A stretch of DNA of 59,151 bases from Firmicutes bacterium UBA1393 (GTDB lineage Bacteria; Bacillota; DTU025). Of this stretch, positions 59,107-59,151 are shown piece by piece; position 1 is the stretch's first letter; each line of letters opens with the position of its first letter. The position numbers and the translations under genes are program-made. The stretch lies in assembly GCA_002305255.1 (NCBI GenBank), contig DBQN01000083.1, positions 28,642-87,792 of the forward strand, in the 5' to 3' direction. Under the pieces are notes generated by a model. The model was not told the DNA's origin. It was given only the letters and a program-made list of their open reading frames with translations, and made no database searches.

Positions 59107-59151
59107 AGCTGCACCGCGCCTTCGGCGCAATCGGGTAGGAGGGGGCGTCTC

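Overview
GC-rich window, coded almost entirely on the minus strand. It appears to come from an endospore-forming Firmicute: it carries a gerA-type germinant receptor operon, spoIIP, gpr and a SCIFF peptide system. The backbone matches the conserved Bacillus/Clostridia yqe-yqf neighbourhood, read right to left: obg, nadD, yqeK, rsfS, [leuS], comEA, comEC, [sugar ABC operon], holA, rpsT (+), gpr, spoIIP, lepA, hemW, hrcA, dnaJ, prmA, rsmE, [trxA, two lipoproteins, queT], mtaB, HIT, rpsU, [gerA operon], nfeD, floA. Bracketed blocks are insertions relative to that backbone, and grpE-dnaK is missing between hrcA and dnaJ. The right third (38.4-59 kb) is more accessory. It holds (a) a compact, apparently uncharacterised RiPP-like cassette: LuxR regulator, an unlisted 33-48 aa peptide, an RRE-radical SAM-SPASM enzyme and a CPBP protease. 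It also holds (b) a same-strand module of SigH-like sigma factor, two WYL regulators, an SbcD/YhaO-like phosphoesterase and an ATPase-dead membrane-inserted coiled-coil protein, and (c) a classical SCIFF peptide with its maturase. The remainder is three tandem M42 peptidases, patatin, tRNA-Leu(GAG), a degenerate IS1595-like gene, Fe-ADH, NaPRTase, an SLT transglycosylase and coaE. The most unusual non-coding feature is a complete tRNA-Ala(GGC) gene nested inside the leuS T-box leader, between the Leu (CUC) specifier stem I and the canonical T-box/antiterminator. All family calls rest on motif and synteny recognition by eye. No database search was run, and several start codons were re-picked from SD spacing, so they are approximate. 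No CRISPR array, rRNA or obvious prophage was seen.
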